Positions 45,872 through 55,002 of a stretch of 64,000 nt of DNA are shown in pieces. Position 1 is the first letter of the stretch. Each line of letters opens with the position of its first letter. Under the pieces are notes generated by a model. It ran no database searches. It was given only the letters and a program-made list of their open reading frames with translations, and was not told the origin of the DNA. The translations under genes were made by a program, and so were the position numbers. The DNA lies in contig DJVI01000003.1 of the NCBI GenBank assembly GCA_002441125.1, positions 153,383 through 217,382 on the forward strand. The letters run 5' to 3'. The stretch is from a candidate division WOR-3 bacterium UBA6260 (GTDB lineage: Bacteria > Hydrothermota > 32-111).

Positions 45872-48423
45872 CTTATACCTTTTAAAATCTCCCTCACCCT
45901 ATCAAGTTTTAATAAAAACTCTTCTATCTTTCTTTTCGTTTCCTCAACAACTTCATTTTCAGCTTTTTTTATAAAGTTTTCATTCTCCAAAAGTTTTCTA
46001 TTCTTATCTATCTCTTTTTCAAGTTCCTCTTTTTCTTTTTCAAGTTTTTTAATAAAAGACTGGATATCCTCTATATCTTTTGAATTTATATATACTATCC
46101 CCTCTTCAAAAGGTTTTGCTACAACACTCTGTGGTATATCTTTTTTGAATTCAATTGTATCAACCTTTGATAGTTTTTTTATAAGTTCAATATTCCTATT
46201 CAAAAATTCAAAATCTTTCCCATCATATCTCACAAAAATGTTTTTAACTCCAGTTTCAGAAACTATATTTCTAATAGAAACTACCAAAGATTTGAACATC
46301 TCAACATTTTCAAAACTCCTTTCGTCAAAATATTCGAAACTCTTATACTCCTCTTCATGAATCATTTTTTCACTACCGAGAAGAGAATTGATCTCCTCAG
46401 AAATGTATGGCATATAAGGGTTAAGATTTCTTAAAAATCTTTTCAATACAAAAAGAGAGTTTCCGTTTCCCTTTTCTTTCACTTTCATTATTTCAAGGTA
46501 CCAATCACAAAAATCTTTCCAGAAGAAATTGTAAAGTTCCTCTGCTCCTTCAGACAATCTATAGTTTTCAACAGAGTTTTGAAAATCTTTTTCAAATTTA
46601 GATAGAAGATGTAAAATCCATCTATCGAAATCATCTTTTTCCTCTTTTTCTATAACAATTTCATTCTCATTTTGACCAAGAATAAGTCTCGTTGCATTCC
46701 ATATCTTGTTTGCAAAATTTCTTCCGAGTTCAAAAGATTTTTCAGAAATCTTCGGATCCGTTCCCTGACCAGAAAGAAATATAAGAGTGAACCTCAAAGC
46801 ATCCGCTCCGAATTTGTTGATTATTATCAAAGGATCTATTCCATTACCAAGAGATTTGGACATTTTTATTCCACGACTATCCCTTATAGTTCCATGAATG
46901 TAAATATCTTTAAATGGAAGTTCACCTGTGAATTCGATTCCAGCCATTATCATTCTCGCGATCCAGAAGAAAAGAATCTCTGATGCTGAAACTATAACTT
47001 TTGTTGGATAAAAATATTTAAAATCTTCTTTCCCATCTATCCATCCGAGTGTTGCGAAAGGCCATAACCATGATGAAAACCATGTATCGAGAACATTCTC
47101 ATCCTGATGAACTTTCCCACCACATTCTGGACAAACTTCTATCTTATCAACTGAAACCACCTCTTTTTTGCAACTATCACAATAGTAAACAGGTATCCTA
47201 TGTCCCCACCATAACTGTCTTGAAATACACCAGGGTTTTATATTTGAAAGCCAGTGGTTGTAAACACCCTGCCACCTTTGTGGGAAAAATCTCAACTCTT
47301 TTTCAATTGAAGCTTTCAGTGCAGGTTTCGCAAGTTCATCCATCTTAACAAACCATTGTTCAGAAAGGTATGGCTCAACCACAGTTTTACATCTGTAACA
47401 TTCTCCAACAGAATTCTCATAATCCTCTATCTTTTCCAAAAGATTCAAACTCTCCAAATCTTTTAAAATCTCTTCTCTCGCTTTGTATCTGTCAAGACCT
47501 TTATATTTCCCACCATTTTCGTTTATGAAACCTTTTGTATCAAGCACTATTATCTTTTCAAGTGAATGTTTTTCGCCCATAACAAAATCGTTGGGATCAT
47601 GAGCAGGGGTAACCTTAACGAATCCTGTTCCAAAATTTATATCAACAAAATCATCACCTATTATTTTTATCTCTCGGTTTATAAGAGGAACTATTACACT
47701 CTCACCAATAAGTTTATTCTTTGTCTCATCTGAAGGGTTTACAGCCACTGCGGTATCACCAAGCATTGTTTCTGGTCTTGTTGTTGCAACAACTATATAA
47801 CCATCCCTCTTTTTAAAAGGATATCTTATATAGTACAATTTTCCTTTTTTGGGATTGTAATCAACCTCTTCATCAGACAAAGCTGTATGGCATCTTGGAC
47901 ACCAGTTGACTATATAGTTACCTTTGTATATGTAACCTTTTTCGTATAATTTTTTAAAAACAAAAGCAACGGTTCTCGACATGTCCTCATCGAGAGTAAA
48001 TTTTGTTCTATCCCAATCACAGGTTGCTCCAAGAGCTTTCAACTGGTTTAAAATTATATTTTTATGCTCTTCAGCCCAATTCCAAACCTCTTTCTCAAAA
48101 TGTTCTCTTCCAAGGTCATCTTTTTTCTTACCTTCCTTCTTCAAATTCCTTTCAACAACAACCTGTGTCGCTATTCCAGCATGATCCGTTCCGGGGACCC
48201 ATAGAGCGTTGTACCCTTTATTCCTATGGTACCTTATCAAAATATCCTGTATCGTATTGTTGAAAGCATGTCCAAGATGTAAAATATCTGTAACATTTGG
48301 AGGGGGGATCACAATAGTGTAAGGTTTTTTGGAATGATCTATTTTAACCTTGAAAGGTTTTCTTTCATTATAGATACTGTTCCATTTCTCTTCACATCTT
48401 TTGAAATCGTAAACTTTATCCAT
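45868..48423 (-). CDS. valS: Valine--tRNA ligase
   Basis: IPPPNVT..LHLGH, PGTDHAGIATQ, TTRPETMLGD, WCISRQLWWGHRIP, DTWFSS, KMSKSLGN; start placed at ATG 48423 after GGAG. Confidence 0.98.
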   Translation of the reverse strand: MDKVYDFKRCEEKWNSIYNERKPFKVKIDHSKKPYTIVIPPPNVTDILHLGHAFNNTIQDILIRYHRNKGYNALWVPGTDHAGIATQVVVERNLKKEGKKKDDLGREHFEKEVWNWAEEHKNIILNQLKALGATCDWDRTKFTLDEDMSRTVAFVFKKLYEKGYIYKGNYIVNWCPRCHTALSDEEVDYNPKKGKLYYIRYPFKKRDGYIVVATTRPETMLGDTAVAVNPSDETKNKLIGESVIVPLINREIKIIGDDFVDINFGTGFVKVTPAHDPNDFVMGEKHSLEKIIVLDTKGFINENGGKYKGLDRYKAREEILKDLESLNLLEKIEDYENSVGECYRCKTVVEPYLSEQWFVKMDELAKPALKASIEKELRFFPQRWQGVYNHWLSNIKPWCISRQLWWGHRIPVYYCDSCKKEVVSVDKIEVCPECGGKVHQDENVLDTWFSSWLWPFATLGWIDGKEDFKYFYPTKVIVSASEILFFWIARMIMAGIEFTGELPFKDIYIHGTIRDSRGIKMSKSLGNGIDPLIIINKFGADALRFTLIFLSGQGTDPKISEKSFELGRNFANKIWNATRLILGQNENEIVIEKEEKDDFDRWILHLLSKFEKDFQNSVENYRLSEGAEELYNFFWKDFCDWYLEIMKVKEKGNGNSLFVLKRFLRNLNPYMPYISEEINSLLGSEKMIHEEEYKSFEYFDERSFENVEMFKSLVVSIRNIVSETGVKNIFVRYDGKDFEFLNRNIELIKKLSKVDTIEFKKDIPQSVVAKPFEEGIVYINSKDIEDIQSFIKKLEKEKEELEKEIDKNRKLLENENFIKKAENEVVEETKRKIEEFLLKLDRVREILKGIR

Positions 48424-48491
48424 AAAAACTCCAAATTTTTTCAATTATATGCAAATATTTAAAAAAGTAAATAAAAAGCTTTTATTTTAAA

Positions 48492-49301
48492 TTAACCATT
48501 TTTTTTAGCAATAAATAAAATCGATGGACTATAGAAAGATGAATTGAGATTTACACTTTCAGGTAAGAAGTTGAAAAGAAGATAGAGTATCTTTTGAAAT
48601 TTCATAAAAAGATTATATATTTTCTTTTTCTTTAACGATGGGTTTATCTGATAAATATCAAAAATTCCTATATAACCTAAAAAAATAATAGAGAGATTAT
48701 TTTCTTCCGCAAATTTTTTAAAGAACTTTAAATTCATAACTTTTAAATTATGACCTTCTAACGATTCACTTTTAAAAAATTTTGATAAAAATCTATTTAA
48801 ATTTTTTTTGTTTGGAACTGTAACAATAATGAATCCATCATTTCTTAAAATTAAAAGATGCCTTTTCAAAACATCCGATGGATTATCAAAATGTTCGATA
48901 AAACCTCTTGAAATAACAGCATCAAAATAATTAGAAAATGTCTCTATATCTTTGTCGAAAAAATCTTTAAACAAAACATTTTCTTCATTGTAACCATAAA
49001 AGGTGAATATTCTTTTATTCATTTCATAACCATTTTCTGATTTTTCTATTCCAAATGGCTGTGCTGAAAAAATTTTTGCAATCTCAATAAGAAAAAAACC
49101 TGGTGCAGATCCAATTTCAACAATTTTCAAAATTTTTTCATTTCTCAAGTATTTTTTTATTTTTTTTATCTGATCGGTATATAAAAATGGAATAAAGAAT
49201 TTCGAGAACTTTTTTGGTAAGTTTGAATGGTAGAGCCCATCATATAGAGAGCCTTTTTCATATTTTTTGTTCCAATATTTATCATCCAATAGATTTTTCA
49301 T
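48492..49301 (-). CDS. Class I SAM-dependent methyltransferase
   Basis: VEIGSAPG motif I, FDAVISRGFIEHF, IIVTVPN. Confidence 0.8.
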   Translation of the reverse strand: MKNLLDDKYWNKKYEKGSLYDGLYHSNLPKKFSKFFIPFLYTDQIKKIKKYLRNEKILKIVEIGSAPGFFLIEIAKIFSAQPFGIEKSENGYEMNKRIFTFYGYNEENVLFKDFFDKDIETFSNYFDAVISRGFIEHFDNPSDVLKRHLLILRNDGFIIVTVPNKKNLNRFLSKFFKSESLEGHNLKVMNLKFFKKFAEENNLSIIFLGYIGIFDIYQINPSLKKKKIYNLFMKFQKILYLLFNFLPESVNLNSSFYSPSILFIAKKNG

Positions 49302-49305
49302 AAAT

Positions 49306-50424
49306 TCAACTCAACTTTTTATAGAAACATCTCCTTCTTTTATGCTGTCTGTGTTCGAAATATTTCCAGAAAGATTGTATCTTTAAATTGTTTTCAAGTT
49401 CCCCACTCGTTTCCGCTGAAACTATTCTATTTTTAATGCACGATTTTGTAATCTCTGTAATAAGAAGAGCGTTGACTCCACTACCCATATATTCCTTTTT
49501 AACGGCAACAAGGTAAAGGTCTATCTTTTTGGGAAACTTCAAAGCCCATAAAAGATGTATAAAACCGAATGGGAAGATTTTTCCTTTCGATTTTTGCAAC
49601 GCTTCAGATAGAGATGGCATAGCAATACCGAAACCTATTGGATTTTTTTCTTTATCAACAACTATTTTAACATAATCTGGATTTATAAAACCAAAATATT
49701 GCTGAGTGTATGACTCCATCTGCTCTTTTTCAAGAGGTACAAATCCATACAAAGTAGAGTATGATTCATTCAGAATTTCAAAAATCTTCATAGCATATTT
49801 TTTAAGTTCTTTAGCCTTTTTAATATCCAAAATGGAAACATTTAGTTTCTCTTGAACAATATTGTTAACCCTTAAAATTTTCTCAGGAATTTTAGATGGA
49901 ACTTTTACTTCAAACTCAACCCAGTCTATATCCTTAACATATCCAAGTTTTTCAAGATGTTTGGGATAATATTCATAGTTGTATATCATCGGGAGTGTGC
50001 CAAGTTCGTCAAAACCTTCTATAAGCATACCTTCTGGGTCAAGATCGGTAAAACCCATTGGTCCATGGCTTTCAAATATACCATTTTTTTTAAGCCAATT
50101 TTCATAGGTTGAAAATAATAGACCAGAAACCTCAAAATCATCAACAAAATCAACCCATCCGAACCTTCCAATATTTTTTTCCCAAATCTCTATCTCTTTT
50201 CTGTTAATTATTCCGACCAATCTCCCAAGAACATTTTTATTCTCCTCAACCATCCATATCATAACATCAGAATATTTGAATGCGGGATTTTTTTCTCTGT
50301 TTAAAGTGTTGAAAGTGTCATCCCTTAAAGGTGGAACAAAATATTTGCAATCTTTATAAAGTGAATATTGAAAATCTATAAACCTTTTTAAATCTTTTTT
50401 ATCCTTCACTTCTACGATTTTCAT
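49306..50424 (-). CDS. GNAT-fold N-acyltransferase, YghO/bacterial ceramide synthase-like family
   Basis: FIDFQY.LY, GRFGWVDF.DD.EV, GPMGFTDLD.EGMLIEGF, YNY.YYP, DWVEF, LYLVAV..EY.G.GV, ELENN. Confidence 0.7.
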   Translation of the reverse strand: MKIVEVKDKKDLKRFIDFQYSLYKDCKYFVPPLRDDTFNTLNREKNPAFKYSDVMIWMVEENKNVLGRLVGIINRKEIEIWEKNIGRFGWVDFVDDFEVSGLLFSTYENWLKKNGIFESHGPMGFTDLDPEGMLIEGFDELGTLPMIYNYEYYPKHLEKLGYVKDIDWVEFEVKVPSKIPEKILRVNNIVQEKLNVSILDIKKAKELKKYAMKIFEILNESYSTLYGFVPLEKEQMESYTQQYFGFINPDYVKIVVDKEKNPIGFGIAMPSLSEALQKSKGKIFPFGFIHLLWALKFPKKIDLYLVAVKKEYMGSGVNALLITEITKSCIKNRIVSAETSGELENNLKIQSFWKYFEHRQHKRRRCFYKKLS

Positions 50425-51335
50425 AATATTTCAATCATTCTTTCAATTGATTTTAAAGCTTTTAATCTTATAGTTTCCTCTATAAAAATATTCTCTCCAC
50501 CTTCTCCCCTCAAAGAAAGAAGAATATCTTCCAATGTGGTTTTTTTCATGTTGTTACATATAGCTTTTGGTTTCTCTCTTAAAGGAAAAAACTTTTTATC
50601 AGGATACAATTTTTCTAACCTGTATATCATACCTTCCTCAGTTCCAACAACGAACTGGTTATTTTTACTCTCTTTTGGATATTTAACCATTCCACCTGTA
50701 GAAAGTATAACATCACATAAAAGCTGCACATCCTCAGGTGCTTCAGGGTGTATCATTATTGTTGCATCAGTATATTTTTCTCTCGCTCTCCTAACATCAA
50801 GAATATTGAACTGGTTATGAACATAGCAGAAACCTTCATAACTTATAATCTTTTTATCAGTATTCCTTCTTACAAAAGCAGCAAGATTTTTATCAGGTAA
50901 AAATATTATTTCCTTTTCTTTCAAAGAATTAACAACTTTAACAGCGTTTGCAGATGTACAACATATATCACAAATAGATTTTACAAGAGCGGTTGTGTTC
51001 ACATAACAAACAGTTTTGGCATTTTTATTTTCTTCCTGCAATTTTTTTACTTTCTCTATTTCAACCATATCTGCCATTTCACAACCTGCTGATGAAACTG
51101 GTAGTATTATATTCTTTTCTGGTGAAAGTATCTTTGCAGTTTCAGCCATAAACCTTACACCCGCAAAAATAACATTTTTTTTATCAATATCTTTTATAAC
51201 TCTACTCAGTTCAAGTGAATCGCCAACAAAATCTGCAACATCCTGAATATCTCCTATCTGATAGTTGTGTGCTATTATAACAAAATCTTTTTCCTTTTTT
51301 AATTTTAAAATTTCTTCTTTAAATTTATTTTCCAT
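50421..51335 (-). CDS. nadA: Quinolinate synthase A
   Basis: IAHNYQ, DFVGDSL, GVRFMAETAKIL, AGCEMA, YVNT, CTSANA, CYVH, HPE, CNNMKK. Confidence 0.96.
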   Translation of the reverse strand: MENKFKEEILKLKKEKDFVIIAHNYQIGDIQDVADFVGDSLELSRVIKDIDKKNVIFAGVRFMAETAKILSPEKNIILPVSSAGCEMADMVEIEKVKKLQEENKNAKTVCYVNTTALVKSICDICCTSANAVKVVNSLKEKEIIFLPDKNLAAFVRRNTDKKIISYEGFCYVHNQFNILDVRRAREKYTDATIMIHPEAPEDVQLLCDVILSTGGMVKYPKESKNNQFVVGTEEGMIYRLEKLYPDKKFFPLREKPKAICNNMKKTTLEDILLSLRGEGGENIFIEETIRLKALKSIERMIEIL

Positions 51336-51912
51336 TATTTATCTCCATCAAAATTTTGCCAGATCTCATATAGATGAACTTGTCTTTATATAATTTAATT
51401 ACTAAACTTTTTTTTTCATCTTTCCATAATATTGTATCATTGAAATATGCTCTTTTCAATTCATAATCACCATGTATCATAGAACATCTATAAAAATCTT
51501 TATCGTAATACTTTAGAAAGAACGGGAGGATGAGCCAATCGTTAGGCTCAAATTTTAAAGAATCGTAAAATTTTTTATTCTCACCTGTCAAAGATGTCTC
51601 TATTGAATTTTCAAAAAATTTTACAACACCTTCACTTTTTTTACCTGCTTTGTTATATTTTGAAATTATTACGATAGGTTTTAGTTCTTTCAAATATATC
51701 TTCCCAAGATTTTCTATTTTAAATGTGCCAAAAGCCACATCTGTTTTTATCTCTATAAAAAGTGTGTCATCAAAAACATTTTCTTTAATAACACTTTTAC
51801 CTGAAAAAAGTTCCATTTTAACTTTATATGAATACTCTTCCGAAAATATTGGAATCAAAAGAAAGATTAAAAATAAAAGTTTAATCGACCTTTGCAAACT
51901 TTTTCTTCCCAA
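51325..51912 (-). CDS. Hypothetical secreted protein
   Basis: Hydrophobic N-terminal segment LLFLIFLLIPIFS, beta-rich body; no confident family. Confidence 0.55.
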   Translation of the reverse strand: MGRKSLQRSIKLLFLIFLLIPIFSEEYSYKVKMELFSGKSVIKENVFDDTLFIEIKTDVAFGTFKIENLGKIYLKELKPIVIISKYNKAGKKSEGVVKFFENSIETSLTGENKKFYDSLKFEPNDWLILPFFLKYYDKDFYRCSMIHGDYELKRAYFNDTILWKDEKKSLVIKLYKDKFIYMRSGKILMEINNGK

Positions 51913-53086
51913 CCTGAATTATATCACCCTTTTTTGGTGTGTATTGATAGTTAAAATCATCTATAACGACATTGTTAATTTTCAGTCCTTTTCCTTTTAT
52001 AATCCTACTCGCCTCAGATGTTGATTCTGTTAATTCATACTTTTTTAAAAAATTAGTTATTTTGATATCCTTATCTTCAGGAGAAACTTTTATCAAAGGG
52101 ATGTTATCTGGAATTCCCTTCTCTTTAAAAATTCTGTTGAACTCCTCTTCACACCTTTCACTTTCCTCTTTTGAGTAATACATCTGGACAATCGTTTTAG
52201 CAAGAATTACTTTATAATCTTTTGGATTTTTACCATCTTTCATTTCCATTTCATACTTTTTTATCATATCCTCAGGTATATCTGTTGTAAGAAGCATATA
52301 TTTTGTAATAAGGTTATCAGGGATGGACATCAATTTTCCAAATATCTGTGTAGGATTTTCAGTTATTCCAACATAGTTATCATAAGATTTTGACATTTTC
52401 CTTGTTCCATCTATTCCCTCAAGAAGAGGGAGTGTCATAATCACTTGTCCGGGTATACCATACTCTTCCTGTATCTCCCTACCAAGAAGAAGGTTGAACT
52501 TCTGATCGGTGCCTCCAAGCTCTATATCAGCTTTAACTGCGACTGAATCGTAAGCTTGAAATAAAGGATAAAGAAATTCATGGAGGGATATAGGTATTCC
52601 ACTTTTGTATCTCTGTTCGAAATAATCCCTTTCAAGCATTCTTGCAACCGTCATCTTTGAAGAGAGTTTAATAATATCCTGTGGAGAAAGTTTATCAGAC
52701 CATTCTCCATTCAATCTTATTTCTGTTTTCTGGGGATCAAGAATTTTGAAAACCTGCTCTTTGTAATTTTTTAAATTCTCTTTTATCTCTTCATCTGAAA
52801 GTTGTGGTCTTGTTTTATTCTTCCCTGTAGGATCACCGATTTTACCTGTAAAATCACCGAATATTAAAACAGCCGTATGTCCAAACTCTTGAAACTTTTT
52901 CAACTTCCTTAAAGGTATTGTGAACCCAAGATGTATGTAGGGACCTGAGGCATCTATTCCGAGTTTAACTCTTAAAGGTCTATTCTCTTTTTCAGAGATC
53001 AAAAGTTTTTTTTCAAGTTCACCCTCAGGAAGTATATCTACGCAACCTCTTGAAAGTTCTGACAAAATTTCTTTTAAATTTTCCAT
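51881..53086 (-). CDS. tyrS: Tyrosine--tRNA ligase
   Basis: VKLGID, HLGF, GDFTG.IGDPTG, EFLYPL.QAYDS, GGTDQKFN, KMSKS, C-terminal S4 domain. Confidence 0.98.
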   Translation of the reverse strand: MENLKEILSELSRGCVDILPEGELEKKLLISEKENRPLRVKLGIDASGPYIHLGFTIPLRKLKKFQEFGHTAVLIFGDFTGKIGDPTGKNKTRPQLSDEEIKENLKNYKEQVFKILDPQKTEIRLNGEWSDKLSPQDIIKLSSKMTVARMLERDYFEQRYKSGIPISLHEFLYPLFQAYDSVAVKADIELGGTDQKFNLLLGREIQEEYGIPGQVIMTLPLLEGIDGTRKMSKSYDNYVGITENPTQIFGKLMSIPDNLITKYMLLTTDIPEDMIKKYEMEMKDGKNPKDYKVILAKTIVQMYYSKEESERCEEEFNRIFKEKGIPDNIPLIKVSPEDKDIKITNFLKKYELTESTSEASRIIKGKGLKINNVVIDDFNYQYTPKKGDIIQVGKKKFAKVD

Positions 53087-53098
53087 AGTTTAAAAAAA

Positions 53099-53171
53099 TG
53101 ACGGCACAGGGACTCGAACCCCGGACACGAGGATTATGATTCCTCTGCTCTACCGACTGAGCTATGCCGCC
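53099..53171 (-). tRNA. tRNA with CAT anticodon, probably elongator tRNA-Met; CCA not encoded
   Basis: GGCGGCATAGCTCAGTCGGTAGAGCAGAGGAATCATAATCCTCGTGTCCGGGGTTCGAGTCCCTGTGCCGTCA. Paired 1:72 and no GGG/CCC anticodon stem, so not initiator; Ile2 cannot be strictly excluded. Confidence 0.92.
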
Positions 53172-53178
53172 ATCTTGA

Positions 53179-54960
53179 TCATCTATAATCTGTTACAGAA
53201 TATTTTTTTCTTAACTGGTTCATCCAATCGTTTATAACCGATTGTTGTTTTGCCTGATGCAAAGCCTGAAAATATTTTACATAATAGTCTTGCATCTTTT
53301 CCTTTGAAGGTTCTTCTATCTTCAAAACTCTAAAAATGTATCCATTGTTTTCACCTGTAAGATAGTAAACCTTTTGAGGTGCTGCTGCAAAAATTGCCCC
53401 AAAGAATTGATACTGGTTATCAACATCCAACAACTTTTCAGAGATCGTTTGAAAACCTGTTTTGTGGTAAATAAGTTTATTCTTTTTTGCAAAATTTTCA
53501 AGAGATATGTTCTCTTTGCTTATTATTTCAACATATTTGGATAATTTTAAAGCTGATAATATTTTTCTCTTCTTTCCTATCATATAATTTTTTACCTGCT
53601 CTTTGACATCCTCAAACTTTACATCCTTAGAAATATTCTTTTTATCTATCCTTGCTATAACAAATCTGTCTGAAAGTTCTATAACCTTCACATCCCCTTC
53701 TTTTGAGCTGTTAACAAAATTTATTATCCTTTGAGGGTTATCAAAATCAGGTATGTAACCATCTTCAGGATCAAAAGGTTTGGTTGTAAAAACTTTCAAA
53801 GATTCACTCTCTGCAACCTTTTCAAGCCCTTTTTCCTTTATTTTGTTTAAAAGGTTATCACATCTCTGTTTAATAGAGGAAACCGTTTCATAGGATGGGA
53901 GTGTTCTTATAAGTATATGACTTGCTTTTATAGAATCTCTTTTTATATCCTCAACTCTTATCAAATGCCATCCGAATACAGTTTTAACTGGAGCAGAGAT
54001 CTCGTTAACCTTCAAACCGAAAGCCGCATCTTCGAACTCTTTTACCATTTGACCTTTTTTGAAATATCCTAAAGAACCTCCGTTGACTGCTGAACCATAA
54101 TCATCCGAATAGAGTTGTGCAGCTTTTTCAAAAGTTAAATTACCATTTATGATGTCGTTTCTTAAACCTTCAATATTCTCTTTTGCATTCAAAATATCCT
54201 CTGTAGACGGATTTTTACTAATTTCAATGTAGGAAAGAACAACCTCTCTATTTTTTTCAAAAATATATTTTTTATTGTCGAAATATTCTTTCGCTTCCTC
54301 ATCGGAAACTGTTGGTGGAACATCTATAATCGTTGGAACAACAACATACTCAACCTGAACCTTAGTTTCATTCAACTTGATCAATCTTCCAATTTCATCA
54401 TTCTGGATCTTTATACCTGAAACAAGGTCTGATTGTATTTTAACCTTTGGAAGATTTTCAACTATCTGGTTATAATATGAAATTTTGAACTCTGCATTGT
54501 TTGGATCATCTATTATCTGCTTATAAAGCTGGTAATCAAATTTTCCTTCCTTATAAAATCTCTCATCATTTTTTATCTCCTGAGGAGGAACATTGTAAAG
54601 TATATCAAGTATTTCCTGTCTATCTACATTATAATTGTATTTTTTAATTATATCATCGAAAATTGTTTTTGTTACCAACTGGTTGAAAGCCTGATCGAGC
54701 AGCTCGTTTTCAGTCTGCTGATCGAGATTTGTTCTGTTGGAATTCGCAAGATATGTTTTTCTCAATTTTAAGAACTGATCGTTCAACTGGTTATAGGTTA
54801 TCTTCGTTTTGTTCACTTTACCTATAAAATTTCCTTTTTCAGTATTGTTCGATGAAGCAAGGTTCATACCCCAATCAAGAAAAATGAATAGAACGAATGA
54901 AAGAATAACTATAACAAATACTATAGTCATATTTTTTCTCAATTTAGACATCATAAACAA
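53179..54960 (-). CDS. PpiD/SurA-like periplasmic peptidyl-prolyl isomerase chaperone
   Basis: N-terminal TM anchor, SurA-N region, parvulin motif FEKAAQLYSDD..SAVNGGSLG....MVKEFEDAAF..PVKTVFGWHLI. Confidence 0.88.
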   Translation of the reverse strand: MFMMSKLRKNMTIVFVIVILSFVLFIFLDWGMNLASSNNTEKGNFIGKVNKTKITYNQLNDQFLKLRKTYLANSNRTNLDQQTENELLDQAFNQLVTKTIFDDIIKKYNYNVDRQEILDILYNVPPQEIKNDERFYKEGKFDYQLYKQIIDDPNNAEFKISYYNQIVENLPKVKIQSDLVSGIKIQNDEIGRLIKLNETKVQVEYVVVPTIIDVPPTVSDEEAKEYFDNKKYIFEKNREVVLSYIEISKNPSTEDILNAKENIEGLRNDIINGNLTFEKAAQLYSDDYGSAVNGGSLGYFKKGQMVKEFEDAAFGLKVNEISAPVKTVFGWHLIRVEDIKRDSIKASHILIRTLPSYETVSSIKQRCDNLLNKIKEKGLEKVAESESLKVFTTKPFDPEDGYIPDFDNPQRIINFVNSSKEGDVKVIELSDRFVIARIDKKNISKDVKFEDVKEQVKNYMIGKKRKILSALKLSKYVEIISKENISLENFAKKNKLIYHKTGFQTISEKLLDVDNQYQFFGAIFAAAPQKVYYLTGENNGYIFRVLKIEEPSKEKMQDYYVKYFQALHQAKQQSVINDWMNQLRKKYSVTDYR

Positions 54961-55002
54961 TCTCCTTTTTAGAAGGTAAATATATCATATATAAAAAATT
55001 TT

